Made by a program: the position numbers and the translations under genes
Shown here: positions 52,508-62,422 of the stretch, piece after piece
Numbering within the stretch: position 1 is the first letter of the stretch
Layout: the number at the start of each line of letters is the position of its first letter
The notes under the pieces: generated by a model
The model's input: the letters and a program-made list of their open reading frames with translations, nothing else
Databases searched by the model: none
Told to the model about the DNA's origin: nothing
Assembly (NCBI GenBank): GCA_051251855.1
Contig: JBPOGI010000001.1
Coordinates: forward strand, 1,408,001-1,472,000
Reading direction: 5' to 3'
DNA from: Roseibacillus sp.
GTDB lineage: Bacteria; Verrucomicrobiota; Verrucomicrobiia; Verrucomicrobiales; Akkermansiaceae
DNA length: 64,000 nt

Positions 52508-53704
52508 ATGCGCCTCCTAACTCCCCTTCTCTTCTCGGCTGGAACCCTTTCCGCTCTCGATATCCAGATCGACTACACCTACGACGGAAACAACTTCTTC
52601 GATACCCAAGACAAGAAAGACGCCATCGAAGCCGTCGCAAAGTTCTACGGTAATCTCATCCAAGACAACCTTCTGAGAATCGATAGCTCAGAATTTTCTT
52701 CCTCCTCCAAATGGGTGCCCCAGTTTTTCCACCCAGTGACCGGAAACAGCACTACCATAGCTGAAATCGTGGTTCCGGAAGATACCATCATCATTTACGT
52801 GGGCTCAAGGAACCTTCCAGGATCAACACGAGGAGTGGGTGGCCCCAATGGTTTTGCCACTGGCACAAGCGGCACTTCCTCGTGGATCGACCGACTCTTG
52901 GGTCGCGGTCAAGAAGGCGCGGAATTCCGATCATCCGAAGCTCACCTCAGAACTGATATCGGTATTTGGGGTGGTGCTATCTCCTTCGACGACGACTCCA
53001 CTTGGAATTTCTCACTCGATTCGAATCAATCCGGGGTTGAATTTTTAAAGATTGCTCTTCACGAGATGGGTCACGTCCTAGGTCTTGGACCCTCGGACCC
53101 CTGGGATAATCTCATTGATAGTGGAACCTTCACCGGGCCCGCTGCCACCGCCTCCAACGGTACCGCTCCTACTGCCGATGGCAGTCACTTTCAGTCAACA
53201 CTCTCGAGCCCTCTTTTCGGTTCCTTTGGTGTGACTCACGGCACCTCGCGTCCAGCACTTATGCTCCCCTCGAGCACCGACACAGGTAGCAACTTTGATG
53301 TCATCACCGACCTTGATCTCGCGGCCCTCATCGATATTGGTTGGGAAATTGCCATTCCTACTGACTTCGACACCAACAGCCTCTCGCCCTCTGGAGCGAG
53401 CTTCAGTTGGCCTTCCAACTCCTTTTGCTCCTACGAGCTAAGAAGAACCACCGACCTTGAAAGCTTTAGCGGAGGCAGCAGCCTCATCACTGGCGACGGC
53501 TCCGTCCAAAGTTGGAGCGATCCTTCTCCAGACTCTTCCGCAGCTTTCTATCAATTCACAGTGAGCTCTAACACCTCATTGTCAAAGTCACAGCCTACGG
53601 CTCAATCGAAAAAATCCGCCGCTCGCTCCGAAACATTCGAATCCATCGAAATGGCTCCTCGAGTCGCCACTGGCTGCTATTGCGACGATCCCGAGGGACA
53701 CTAG
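52508..53704 (+). CDS. Secreted matrixin-like zinc metalloprotease with C-terminal module
   Basis: Signal peptide; ALHEMGHVLGL, Met-turn ALM, DLAALIDIGW; C-terminal YELRRTTDL...FYQF. Confidence 0.85.
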   Translation: MRLLTPLLFSAGTLSALDIQIDYTYDGNNFFDTQDKKDAIEAVAKFYGNLIQDNLLRIDSSEFSSSSKWVPQFFHPVTGNSTTIAEIVVPEDTIIIYVGSRNLPGSTRGVGGPNGFATGTSGTSSWIDRLLGRGQEGAEFRSSEAHLRTDIGIWGGAISFDDDSTWNFSLDSNQSGVEFLKIALHEMGHVLGLGPSDPWDNLIDSGTFTGPAATASNGTAPTADGSHFQSTLSSPLFGSFGVTHGTSRPALMLPSSTDTGSNFDVITDLDLAALIDIGWEIAIPTDFDTNSLSPSGASFSWPSNSFCSYELRRTTDLESFSGGSSLITGDGSVQSWSDPSPDSSAAFYQFTVSSNTSLSKSQPTAQSKKSAARSETFESIEMAPRVATGCYCDDPEGH

Positions 53705-53778
53705 TCAGCCTTCGAAACCCCGACATTATCGGGAAAAGTTGGCAAGATCTCGGCTGAACAAGCGTAGCCTCATCCTAC

Positions 53779-56067
53779 GTGTTTCGCCCTTTTATTTTAC
53801 CCGCCTTCCTAGGAACCCTTCTCCCCCTCTCTGGACTCGCTCTTCCGGATGAGATGGACGAGATTCTCGAGTTCTATTGCTACGACTGCCACGGCTACGG
53901 CAAAAAAGAGGGTGGAATTAAGCTCGATGAGCTCTCTCTCAAAGACGACCACGGAGACCTTTGGGAACGAATTTGGCGCAATGTCCGCACCGGAATGATG
54001 CCTCCCGCCGAGGGTGACCCTCTCGACGCCGACGAAAAGAAAGAGCTTCTCGACTGGCTGGAACGCAACCCTCTCAACATCGACCGCAACAACCCCGACC
54101 CCGGGCGCGTCACCGTTCGACGACACAATCGCTCCGAATACCAAGCAACCATCAAAGACCTCCTTGGTCTCGACTTCGACACCGCCGAGCACTTCCCTCC
54201 TGACGACACTGGATATGGCTTCGATACCATCGGCGATGTCCTCACCATCTCCCCCCTCCTTGCTGAACGCTACTTTGAATCCGCCAAATCCCTCATGGCG
54301 CAAGCCGTCACCGACAATGCAGCTTCCTTTCCAGAGCTCAGCATTTCGGCTCCTGACTTCATAGACCTGAACAACCCCAAGGACACAGGACGCTTTATCG
54401 AATTCAATCGTCCTCAAACAGTCACCGCCAAACGTCGACTAAAACAGGCTGGCGATTACGAAGTCACACTCACTTGCGCCGTCGAAGGCAGCTCTGAAGC
54501 CACCGACCAAACAGCTACCCTCATCATGGCCGTCGATGGCAAAGAGCTCGCTCGCAAGGATTTGGGCTGGGATTTCAGCAAGGGCCTAGAACTGAAAGCA
54601 CGCACTCAACTCGACGCCTCCGAACACACCTTCACCCTTCAACTTATTGCTGGAGAAAAGCCAAAACCCGGCCAAGGGGAACTCGGAGTCGCCGTCTCCT
54701 CCGTGAACATCAGTGGCCCAATGGGCTCACAAAGCAGGGAATATCCTTTAAGCTATCGCTACGTCATTGCATCAAGGCATCAGCCCCAACACAAAGAAGA
54801 ATGGCCTGTTAAAATGAAGGCCGCTATCTCAGCCTTTGGCGAGCGTGCTTGGCGTCGCCCCCTTCCCAAAGACTCCCTAAACAAACTTACCGACCTTGCC
54901 CTCGAAGCTGCCCGTCGCGAAGGCACCTTTGAAGCAGGCATCCGCCAAGCAGGCACCGCCATCCTTGCCTCACCACGCTTTCTACTTCGAACCGAAACTG
55001 CACAAGACAAAAAACCTAACGATAGCTATCCCCTTATCGACGATTGGTCTCTCGCTTCTCGCCTCTCCTACTTCCTCTGGAATTCCCTGCCCGATGACGA
55101 ACTACGAAGCCTCGCAGCAGCCGGTGATCTTCGAGCAAACCTCTCTCAACAAATCGAACGCATGCTACAAGATGCCAAGAGCGAGCGCTTTGTCGGAAAC
55201 TTCGTCGGCCAATGGTTACAAGCACGAGATGTCGAAAGCCAAGGAATGCGCCCCGAGGTCATTCTTGGAATTCGTTTTTCTGCAGGTCAACGCCTCTTCA
55301 ACAGTCGCCTCCGCCAAAACATGCGCGAAGAAACCGAAGCCCTCTTTCGTCATATCTTGGAAGAAAGAAAGGCTGCAGTCGAACTCATCTCGGCCGATTA
55401 CACCTTCCTCAACGAGCGCCTCGCCGACTTCTACCAAATCCAAGGTGTTCAAGGTGAAAACCTCCGGAAAGTTCAAGTCCCTAACAACCGAGGCGGCCTC
55501 CTTACCCAAGGAACTTTCCTCGTCGTCACTTCCAATCCAACTCGCACCTCTCCCGTCAAACGAGGCCTCTTTGTTTTAGATAATCTCCTTGGAACCCCTC
55601 CTCCTCCAGCTCCCCCCGATATCCCTGAACTCGAACAAGCCGGACACGGTAAAAAGAATCTCACCATGAAAGAGCGGATGGTCGAGCACCGCAAAAACCC
55701 CGATTGTCGTTCCTGCCATCAAAGGATGGACCCCATTGGCCTCGCCTTCGAAAACTTTACTGCCATCGGCACCTATCGCGACGAAGAAGACGGCCAAGCT
55801 ATCGAAACGGAAGGCGAACTCGTGACCGGAGAAAAATTTGCCAGTGTCGCCGACCTCAAACGAGTCCTAGCCACCGACCGTAAAGGCGACTTCCATCGCT
55901 GCCTTGCAGAAAAATTGCTCACTTACGCCCTCGGTCGCGGCATCGAATACTACGACGCCCCCGCCATCGACGAGATCGTCGCCCGCATGGAGAGCAACAA
56001 CGGCACCCTCCACGAAGCCATCTACGCCGTCATCGAGTCAGTGCCATTTCAAAGGAGACGTCCTTAG
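53779..56067 (+). CDS. Planctomycete-type cytochrome c / DUF1592 multidomain protein
   Basis: CYDCH, MPP, RRHNRSEY, GFD, AWRRP, LASRLSYFLW...PD, TSPVKRG, CRSCH, LLTYALGR. Confidence 0.92.
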   Translation: MFRPFILPAFLGTLLPLSGLALPDEMDEILEFYCYDCHGYGKKEGGIKLDELSLKDDHGDLWERIWRNVRTGMMPPAEGDPLDADEKKELLDWLERNPLNIDRNNPDPGRVTVRRHNRSEYQATIKDLLGLDFDTAEHFPPDDTGYGFDTIGDVLTISPLLAERYFESAKSLMAQAVTDNAASFPELSISAPDFIDLNNPKDTGRFIEFNRPQTVTAKRRLKQAGDYEVTLTCAVEGSSEATDQTATLIMAVDGKELARKDLGWDFSKGLELKARTQLDASEHTFTLQLIAGEKPKPGQGELGVAVSSVNISGPMGSQSREYPLSYRYVIASRHQPQHKEEWPVKMKAAISAFGERAWRRPLPKDSLNKLTDLALEAARREGTFEAGIRQAGTAILASPRFLLRTETAQDKKPNDSYPLIDDWSLASRLSYFLWNSLPDDELRSLAAAGDLRANLSQQIERMLQDAKSERFVGNFVGQWLQARDVESQGMRPEVILGIRFSAGQRLFNSRLRQNMREETEALFRHILEERKAAVELISADYTFLNERLADFYQIQGVQGENLRKVQVPNNRGGLLTQGTFLVVTSNPTRTSPVKRGLFVLDNLLGTPPPPAPPDIPELEQAGHGKKNLTMKERMVEHRKNPDCRSCHQRMDPIGLAFENFTAIGTYRDEEDGQAIETEGELVTGEKFASVADLKRVLATDRKGDFHRCLAEKLLTYALGRGIEYYDAPAIDEIVARMESNNGTLHEAIYAVIESVPFQRRRP

Positions 56068-57257
56068 ATAGATCCTGAACCGATCGACAAACGCCAAAAA
56101 TATCGGTCGTTCGCTCCGGAGAAGGTAAGCGACTCAATTGCAGCCTCCCCTTCGTCAACTTCCTCGGTAGCCGTCTGAGGAGCGTTCATCCAACTTTCCA
56201 AGTCAGAACTTACCTCCCATCGGTAGCTATATCCCGACAACTCTAGATTTCTCACTTTTCGGTACCGTAATACCAAATTACCTCCTTCGATTTCGCTTTC
56301 AGAAAAAGGCTCGCTCTGCGTTGAGAGAGGGTCGGAATTACTCACAAACTCGACCAAGTTCGCATACCCATCCTGATCCGGATCAGCTTCCGGCCCACTC
56401 AATAAATCATCTCCAATTTGAGCGAGGCTAAATGATTCTAGCTGCCACTTTCCAAAGGTGAGTACATCACTCCCCAAGAATATTGCATCCGCGAATTGAG
56501 GAAAGTCTACGAACGGATTTCGATTTCCCTGACGCAAGAAACCAGCCGTCGTAGAAACCCCTTCATAGATTCCATCGTTGCGCGCTCTCTCCGCCGCCGT
56601 AGGTGGAAACATCCGATTCCAAGCCAACATCGTCGTCAGCACCCCCATTCGACAGGAACTCGCGTCAGGAACATCACCCAACTCCATATCGCCAGTTCCC
56701 GAATCACTTCCATCATACCTTACCACTACATACAGCACCGCTCTCGCTACCATTCCTTTATCTACATCATCAGGCTCCCACGAGTCGCTGTCATAGGTAT
56801 TTTCAGGCGACACCGAGTTCATTGTTCCTGACCCAGTCGTCTCATCGAAAAACTTGTTCCCCCGTGACGAATTCACCGAAGCATTACAGGGGTAAAGATT
56901 GTGCAAATCGGAATTATCAGGACCGCTATTCCCAATACAATAGGAGCGAGGCCATACATGCTCCCTATTCCAAACTGAAGCCCCCGATGACCCGAGATCA
57001 CCTTTGGGCATCGAAAAGTCCGAGTAAATGAGCTCAACATTAGCCGAGTTTTCAGGGTCCTCGAAGACCTCTCTCATCACCTCATCGGTCGAAGTGTAGG
57101 AAATCACGTTATGGTCGTCGATGATCTCATGCAGAGTCTGCTTCAACGCCAACCCCGTTAAGCCTTCAGCCGAGTCGTAGTAGCCCGCAGGGGCCGCCCC
57201 TTGAAGCATGCCCCCCTTGCACAGAAGCAACAAAAGAATGTTCAAACCACGGAGCAC
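56064..57257 (-). CDS. Secreted endonuclease I family nuclease with C-terminal module
   Basis: WNREHVWP, SDLHNLYP, NSSRGN, QGNRNPFVD; DPDQDG..N..E motif and EVSSDLESW...FWRL tail. Confidence 0.9.
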   Translation of the reverse strand: MLRGLNILLLLLCKGGMLQGAAPAGYYDSAEGLTGLALKQTLHEIIDDHNVISYTSTDEVMREVFEDPENSANVELIYSDFSMPKGDLGSSGASVWNREHVWPRSYCIGNSGPDNSDLHNLYPCNASVNSSRGNKFFDETTGSGTMNSVSPENTYDSDSWEPDDVDKGMVARAVLYVVVRYDGSDSGTGDMELGDVPDASSCRMGVLTTMLAWNRMFPPTAAERARNDGIYEGVSTTAGFLRQGNRNPFVDFPQFADAIFLGSDVLTFGKWQLESFSLAQIGDDLLSGPEADPDQDGYANLVEFVSNSDPLSTQSEPFSESEIEGGNLVLRYRKVRNLELSGYSYRWEVSSDLESWMNAPQTATEEVDEGEAAIESLTFSGANDRYFWRLSIGSGSI

Positions 57258-57347
57258 GCATGAACTTAGTGCCCACCAGCCTTGTGTCTAGCGACAAAGA
57301 CGCAGCCTTGACCCCATGTCCGTCACCCTTCAAAGAAGCCTTCGCAA

Positions 57348-58238
57348 ATGTCGTGGCTTCTTCTCACCGTCTTTTCCTCCGCCTTGCTAGGGCTCTACGA
57401 CTTTCTAAAGAAAATCGCCGTGCGCGACAACGCCGTCTTTCCCGTCCTTTTTGGAGGTATCTGTGCCGGAGGCCTCGTATGGCTGCCCTTCATCCTCTGG
57501 AGTATCCTCGCCCCCGAAAGCCTCCCCCATAACAGTCTCAACGTCACTGGTATCAGCGCCACCGAACACGGTCTTCTTCTCATCAAATCCATTATCGTCG
57601 TTGCCTCATGGATTTTTGGCTACTTAGGCTTGAAAGAGCTTCCCCTTTCCATCGCCACTCCCATTCGAGCCACCAGCCCTATCTGGACCATCACTTTCGC
57701 CCTTCTCATCTTTTCAGAGAGCCCGAGCCCCCGCCAATGGCTTGGCGTTGCCATTATTCTCGCCGCCTTTTTCCTCTTTTCCTTCGCTGGTCGTAAAGAG
57801 GGCATTCACTTTCACCGTAGCAGAGCAGTCTACCTCATCATCGCGGCCACCCTGTTAGGAGCCAGCTCATCTCTTTTCGACAAATACCTTCTCCAGACCG
57901 TCCAGCTCAACGCCACCGAAGTGCAGGCTTGGTTCTCTCTCTATTCCGTCCTTGCCATGCTTCCCGCCTTCTGTTGGTGGCTGCGACGTGCCGACCGCAA
58001 CCATTTCGAATTTCGATGGTCGATTCCTGCCATCGGAGTCACCTTACTGGCGGCCGATTGGCTCTACTTCACCGCCATCATCGATCCCGACGCCCTCATC
58101 TCCATCATCGCCCCCGTCCGCCGAGCCGCCACCGTGGTCTCCTTCACACTCGGCATCCTCATCCTCAAAGAGCCCTTCCGCCCCTCTAAAGGCTTTGCCG
58201 TTCTGGGAATTCTCATCGGAGTCTTCCTATTGGCTTAA
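57348..58238 (+). CDS. EamA/DMT family transporter
   Basis: Two 5-TM repeats (LPLSIATPI...FSE; ISII.P....LKE). Confidence 0.88.
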   Translation: MSWLLLTVFSSALLGLYDFLKKIAVRDNAVFPVLFGGICAGGLVWLPFILWSILAPESLPHNSLNVTGISATEHGLLLIKSIIVVASWIFGYLGLKELPLSIATPIRATSPIWTITFALLIFSESPSPRQWLGVAIILAAFFLFSFAGRKEGIHFHRSRAVYLIIAATLLGASSSLFDKYLLQTVQLNATEVQAWFSLYSVLAMLPAFCWWLRRADRNHFEFRWSIPAIGVTLLAADWLYFTAIIDPDALISIIAPVRRAATVVSFTLGILILKEPFRPSKGFAVLGILIGVFLLA

Positions 58239-58379
58239 ATTTGCCCCCAACACCTTCAGTTCTTCCCCGTCAGGCTCCGCCAGATAGCCAGACCATAAAT
58301 CATCCTCCCACTAATTGCTGTAACACAGTGTTGCTTCTTGACCTGCTAACCATGCAAAATACCATCATAAACGATATAC

Positions 58380-59006
58380 ATGAAAAACCTTTTACTCATT
58401 TTTTCCGCTACCATCACCGTCCTGCTTTCGTCATGTGCAACAGGACCCCCAATGGAGGACTCACGGGTTCAGAAGGCAAAAACAGAAGGTTTAGTCATTG
58501 TCCCCTCAAAGAGGGTAGCGCCCCGATTTAGTTTTGTCGGGACAACAGCTTTCCAAAATAAAAATGAGCCCATCAACGAGCCCGACTACTCCTTCAGTGA
58601 CCACCTCGCAACTCGGCTACGCGCGAAAGGCTACAAAGTTAGCGTCGGAGAAAGCTCCGAAACCCGCCTCAACCTCTTTTTGCGTGACAGTTATCCCTAT
58701 CAAGGAGACTTCATCTATGGAGTTGGTATCCACAAGCGCAGCCTTCTTGGCATGAGCGGACCTTACGTCGCTCATTGCAATGTCTTCGCGGACCTCACTG
58801 ATCCAGTCACGAAAAGCCGACGAGTCGACCACGTTAAAGTTTCACTACTCGAGGGTTCCAAGTATTTCTTGGGCAACACCCCTCTCAAACTCAAGAAAAA
58901 CACATGGGCTCAGTTTACCCCGGCTGAGAAAGAAACTCTTCGTCTCAGCTTAGAAGGTTACATACGGCAATGCGCCGACCACATCATTGAAAATCTCAAC
59001 CTCTAG
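58380..59006 (+). CDS. Hypothetical lipoprotein
   Basis: LLSSC lipobox, 208 aa. Confidence 0.75.
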   Translation: MKNLLLIFSATITVLLSSCATGPPMEDSRVQKAKTEGLVIVPSKRVAPRFSFVGTTAFQNKNEPINEPDYSFSDHLATRLRAKGYKVSVGESSETRLNLFLRDSYPYQGDFIYGVGIHKRSLLGMSGPYVAHCNVFADLTDPVTKSRRVDHVKVSLLEGSKYFLGNTPLKLKKNTWAQFTPAEKETLRLSLEGYIRQCADHIIENLNL

Positions 59007-59048
59007 ACAGCGAAGCGTAGTTCTCGTTCGTCTCTAAGAACAAAGCCC

Positions 59049-60254
59049 TCACTCAAACAGAGGTCGTAAACAGGACTCCTTCAGAGTCGCCAGAATTTCA
59101 TAGGGTTCTTCCTCTAAGTTCTCACTTTTCCTATCTCCCTCCAGCACGGGTCTCAGAGTGCTAATGATAAAAGGCGCCTGCTCATACGTATCCAAGTCGA
59201 AGGTTTCGATTAGAACAGCATCGAGAAGTATCGCTCCAGATTCACTAGGCTCAATCAGTTCTCTCAACCATCCGAGAATGGTTGCGGTGGGTGACTGCTC
59301 GTCAAACCTCTCTCCCACGAACGCAAAGATGTCATCGCGCGTCGGCACGTTCATTAGCAGTGCGAGAAAGAAGCGATGTTCAGGATCCTCGATATAGTAC
59401 CGCAGCTGCGCAATGGTCTCCCTTCGAAGCCCTTCCTTCAAAGTCTCCGCCACCCCCATCGCCAATTCCCCATGCTTCTCTTGAAAGCACAACAAAGTAG
59501 GCTCCCACTCATCCAACTCCAGCAACCGCCCCATCGAGTGCTGGAGCACATGGAATCCCCGCTCGAAATCCAACCGCGCCACCATCTCCTCCACTCGCTG
59601 GCCATACTCCGGATGATCGAGCGTCTCTAACACCCCCAGCAACTGCTTGCGACGCATCGTCAAAGCGTCCTCACGCAGCGGATCAATTGCCACCCGTGGT
59701 GGCAAATAGTTAAACTGCGGGCCAGCGCCCTCATCATTGTGTGTGCGCACCACCATCGTCACCGAAGGAGTATCGAGGTGAAACAGCGAATGAATACATC
59801 CCTGCCCCGAAGAAATCGCAACAGTCCGTCCCGTTTCCAGCAACTCGACCTGCCTCATCTTCAAGTCGCCCACCTGCAAATGCGGAGTTACCGCCTGCGC
59901 ATTCGCGAAATCAAACTCAGCATGAATACTCGACCCATGCATCACATGAAACGCCCCCGAAAACGCGTGCTGATGAATATCGGTCGTACCATCCAACCAA
60001 AAAAGAACCTGAATATAGAAGCGCTCATGATTAAACGCCACCAACTCAGGCTGCCCGAACCCCGACTCGCTCTGCAGAGGTTGTTCGTCATTCAAGAGAA
60101 ACTCCCTCATCATTTCCTCAATCTCAACTTCCCCAGCCGGAGGCCACTCCTCAATAGCCACCCGAGCCACCTCAGGAAACGCCTCCAAAGAGAAGCTCAC
60201 CTCACGCCATCGTTCCAGCACCTGACTCCCTAGCGTATCAAAGTAAGAATTCAT
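59049..60254 (-). CDS. Hypothetical protein with a cupin (CDO-like three-His) domain
   Basis: LFW..GTTDIHQH.FSGAFHV..G and a later CIHSLFH motif. Confidence 0.7.
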   Translation of the reverse strand: MNSYFDTLGSQVLERWREVSFSLEAFPEVARVAIEEWPPAGEVEIEEMMREFLLNDEQPLQSESGFGQPELVAFNHERFYIQVLFWLDGTTDIHQHAFSGAFHVMHGSSIHAEFDFANAQAVTPHLQVGDLKMRQVELLETGRTVAISSGQGCIHSLFHLDTPSVTMVVRTHNDEGAGPQFNYLPPRVAIDPLREDALTMRRKQLLGVLETLDHPEYGQRVEEMVARLDFERGFHVLQHSMGRLLELDEWEPTLLCFQEKHGELAMGVAETLKEGLRRETIAQLRYYIEDPEHRFFLALLMNVPTRDDIFAFVGERFDEQSPTATILGWLRELIEPSESGAILLDAVLIETFDLDTYEQAPFIISTLRPVLEGDRKSENLEEEPYEILATLKESCLRPLFE

Positions 60255-60518
60255 AAAAGCAAAATCCTGCAGTCACTCCACGGCTTACCGCAAAACGTCT
60301 GACTTCAAAGAACTACCACTCTCACCCTTCGAATGGCAGAACCAAAACTCCCCCACCACCCACAACCACTGGAGTGTCGACGTCAGCCGCCGACACCTTT
60401 TGAGATTCGCAGATTTAACAAGCTTCGCGCTCAATTCCCACAAGGCCACTAAGAAGCACCGAAAGAAGATTCAGACTCCCTTCTCAGCTGGCTCCCTCCA
60501 ACCAGAGAACAATAGCCC

Positions 60519-60791
60519 CTATGTTCCATACTCCTTCAGAATCTTCTCCGTCTTCGCCTCCTCAACCCGATTAATAATACGATCATACTCGTGCTTATCA
60601 CGTAGGGTCTTAGAAACCGAAATCGTGCTACTCACCAAAAAGAAAACCCCCATCCCGAAATAGCCTTTGATCCAGAGGTCCAAGGGTAACATCACAATTC
60701 CGAGAACCATCGCACCCAGAGAAATCAAAAAGGACATTTTGGTGAAGGAAACCCAAGCACTCGAATCGGCATAAAGACGCGTTTGTTTCAT
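60519..60791 (-). CDS. YiaA/YiaB-family inner membrane protein
   Basis: DS.AW, KGYFGMG, SKTLRD.HE motifs; ATG 60791. Confidence 0.85.
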   Translation of the reverse strand: MKQTRLYADSSAWVSFTKMSFLISLGAMVLGIVMLPLDLWIKGYFGMGVFFLVSSTISVSKTLRDKHEYDRIINRVEEAKTEKILKEYGT

Positions 60792-60946
60792 AACATCTCT
60801 ATTTACCCCGAAGAATGGCTCCCTCTTCATCGTTTCCATCTGCCAAATCATCGATTCAACTGATGTCAACTTACCCAGAAGCGTTCGAAGACCTTGAAGA
60901 CCTTGCTACCCTCAAACCAGTTCAAGCAGACACTCTCAATAAAGAA

Positions 60947-60976
60947 AAAAGCCTCAGCAAATTTGCTGAGGCTTTT
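60947..60976 (-). terminator. Perfect 30-bp palindrome; terminator downstream of the RNA-gene 3' fragment
   Basis: AAAAGCCTCAGCAAATTTGCTGAGGCTTTT. Confidence 0.85.
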
Positions 60977-60983
60977 GAAAGAT

Positions 60984-61012
60984 TGGTGGAGGCGAGGGGG
61001 ATCGAACCCCTG
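60984..61012 (-). mobile_element. 3'-end fragment of tmRNA or tRNA-Ala (att-site scar)
   Basis: Minus strand CAGGGGTTCGATCCCCCTCGCCTCCACCA = T-arm, acceptor 3' strand and CCA; no matching 5' half upstream. Confidence 0.8.
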
Positions 61013-61127
61013 CTTGGGACTACGCGACACTGTGACACACCGTCAAATTATTGAATTCAAAGGAATTCGTTGGCTCAAACAATTCGTCGCAGGGTAGAAT
61101 TGAAGAATATCTTGAGAACATTTGTAG

Positions 61128-61673
61128 AACACTGGGGCAAGTGTTGGTCAAATACGAACATTTCTACCCTATGAGCTCATCCTTTCCCTTCCTCTTAATT
61201 CTTGGTTTAAATCTCCTCACACTCTCTGGCCTTTTACTTCCTCGGTCGTTTCACCCCTCGCTGTAGCAGACCTCGATTCTCGGGTTCACTCTCACTCCAA
61301 ACTGAAACGTCACCCCATTGTCAAAGCCCAAAAATGGAAGATAATCCTTGAGACCAACCCCACTCTTTCAACCACAGATATCGCTCACCATGAAAGACTT
61401 TCGAATTCTCGTATAAAGCAACTCCTGCGGATTACGAAGCTGGAACCTACCATTCAGAAATTTCTCGCTAACCTAACAGATCCAAAAGAAATCCGAGTCT
61501 TGAACGAATCGAAATTTCGACATTTTTACGAACTCACTCACCAAGAACAGGTCCATCAATTTACAAAGCTCGCTCAAGAAAACGGAATTACTGTCAATAC
61601 GTTTGAGCCCAATGGAGAATCTCAGAAGAACAGTTTCCCAGCAATACAGACAACCAAAGCCTTGCACGATTAG
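61128..61673 (+). pseudogene. Start-less open frame encoding an HTH segment like those at recombinase-bearing island ends
   Basis: 181 codons stop-to-stop: ...KRHPIVKAQKWKIILETNPTLSTTDIAHHERLSNSRIKQLLRITKLEPTIQ...; no ATG/GTG/TTG before the HTH. Confidence 0.55.
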
Positions 61674-61957
61674 ACCCATTCGATTCAGACCTGTCTCTAT
61701 TCTCAATAAATTGCTCTGACTACAATGGAGTAGAGACCTCAAAGTCAGAGACCGCTATGCAAAAAGCACGATCTCGCAGCAATGCTCGCTCGTTGACTAT
61801 CTGAAGGAATCTCTCCGTGAGATTTTGAATGGAATCGTAGTATTACAGATAAGGAAATACGCCGGACCACAAAGACCACTGGGATTGGATATTGCCACCC
61901 ACCCCCTTCTCTCTTTAGAAACGATTGTTAATCGATCGAAAAACATCTCTTTATCAA

Positions 61958-62422
61958 ATGAGCAAGCTCTCACTCAAAATCAACGGCAGCGACCATCAGG
62001 TCGAGGCCGACCCCGACACCCCGCTCTTGTGGGTTCTTCGCGATCACCTCGGACTCTGTGGCACCAAGTTTGGCTGCGGAGTCGGTCAGTGTGGAGCCTG
62101 CACCGTCCATCTTGATGGCACTCCGGCCCGCGCCTGCTCAGTCCCCGTGTCTGCCGTCGAAAAAGCCGAAGTCACCACCATCGAGGGCCTCGCCCCAGAA
62201 GCCACTCTCACTCCCCTGCAGCAAACTTGGTGCGACCTCGACGTCGCGCAATGCGGCTACTGCCAGGCGGGACAAATCATGAGCGCCGCCGCCCTCTTGA
62301 AAGCCAATCCCGACCCCGATGACGACGCCATCGACGAAGCGATGTCGGGCAACTTCTGCCGCTGTGCCACCTACAAGCGCATTCGCCAAGCCATCAAAAC
62401 CACCGCTACCGCCGCCAAATGA
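61958..62422 (+). CDS. iorA: (2Fe-2S) subunit of an isoquinoline 1-oxidoreductase-like molybdoenzyme
   Basis: [33 protein letters not shown]. Confidence 0.93.
   Translation: MSKLSLKINGSDHQVEADPDTPLLWVLRDHLGLCGTKFGCGVGQCGACTVHLDGTPARACSVPVSAVEKAEVTTIEGLAPEATLTPLQQTWCDLDVAQCGYCQAGQIMSAAALLKANPDPDDDAIDEAMSGNFCRCATYKRIRQAIKTTATAAK

Noticed and set aside
60984..61060. Intact tRNA-Ala gene
   Set aside because: Only the T-arm and acceptor 3' strand are present; there is no anticodon arm, D arm or GGGGGCG 5' strand
60815..61266. Small ORFs 60815-61054, 60894-61097 and 61051-61266
   Set aside because: The first two read through the terminator and the antisense of the RNA fragment (WRRGGSNP, VEARGIEP are typical artefacts); the third has no recognisable features
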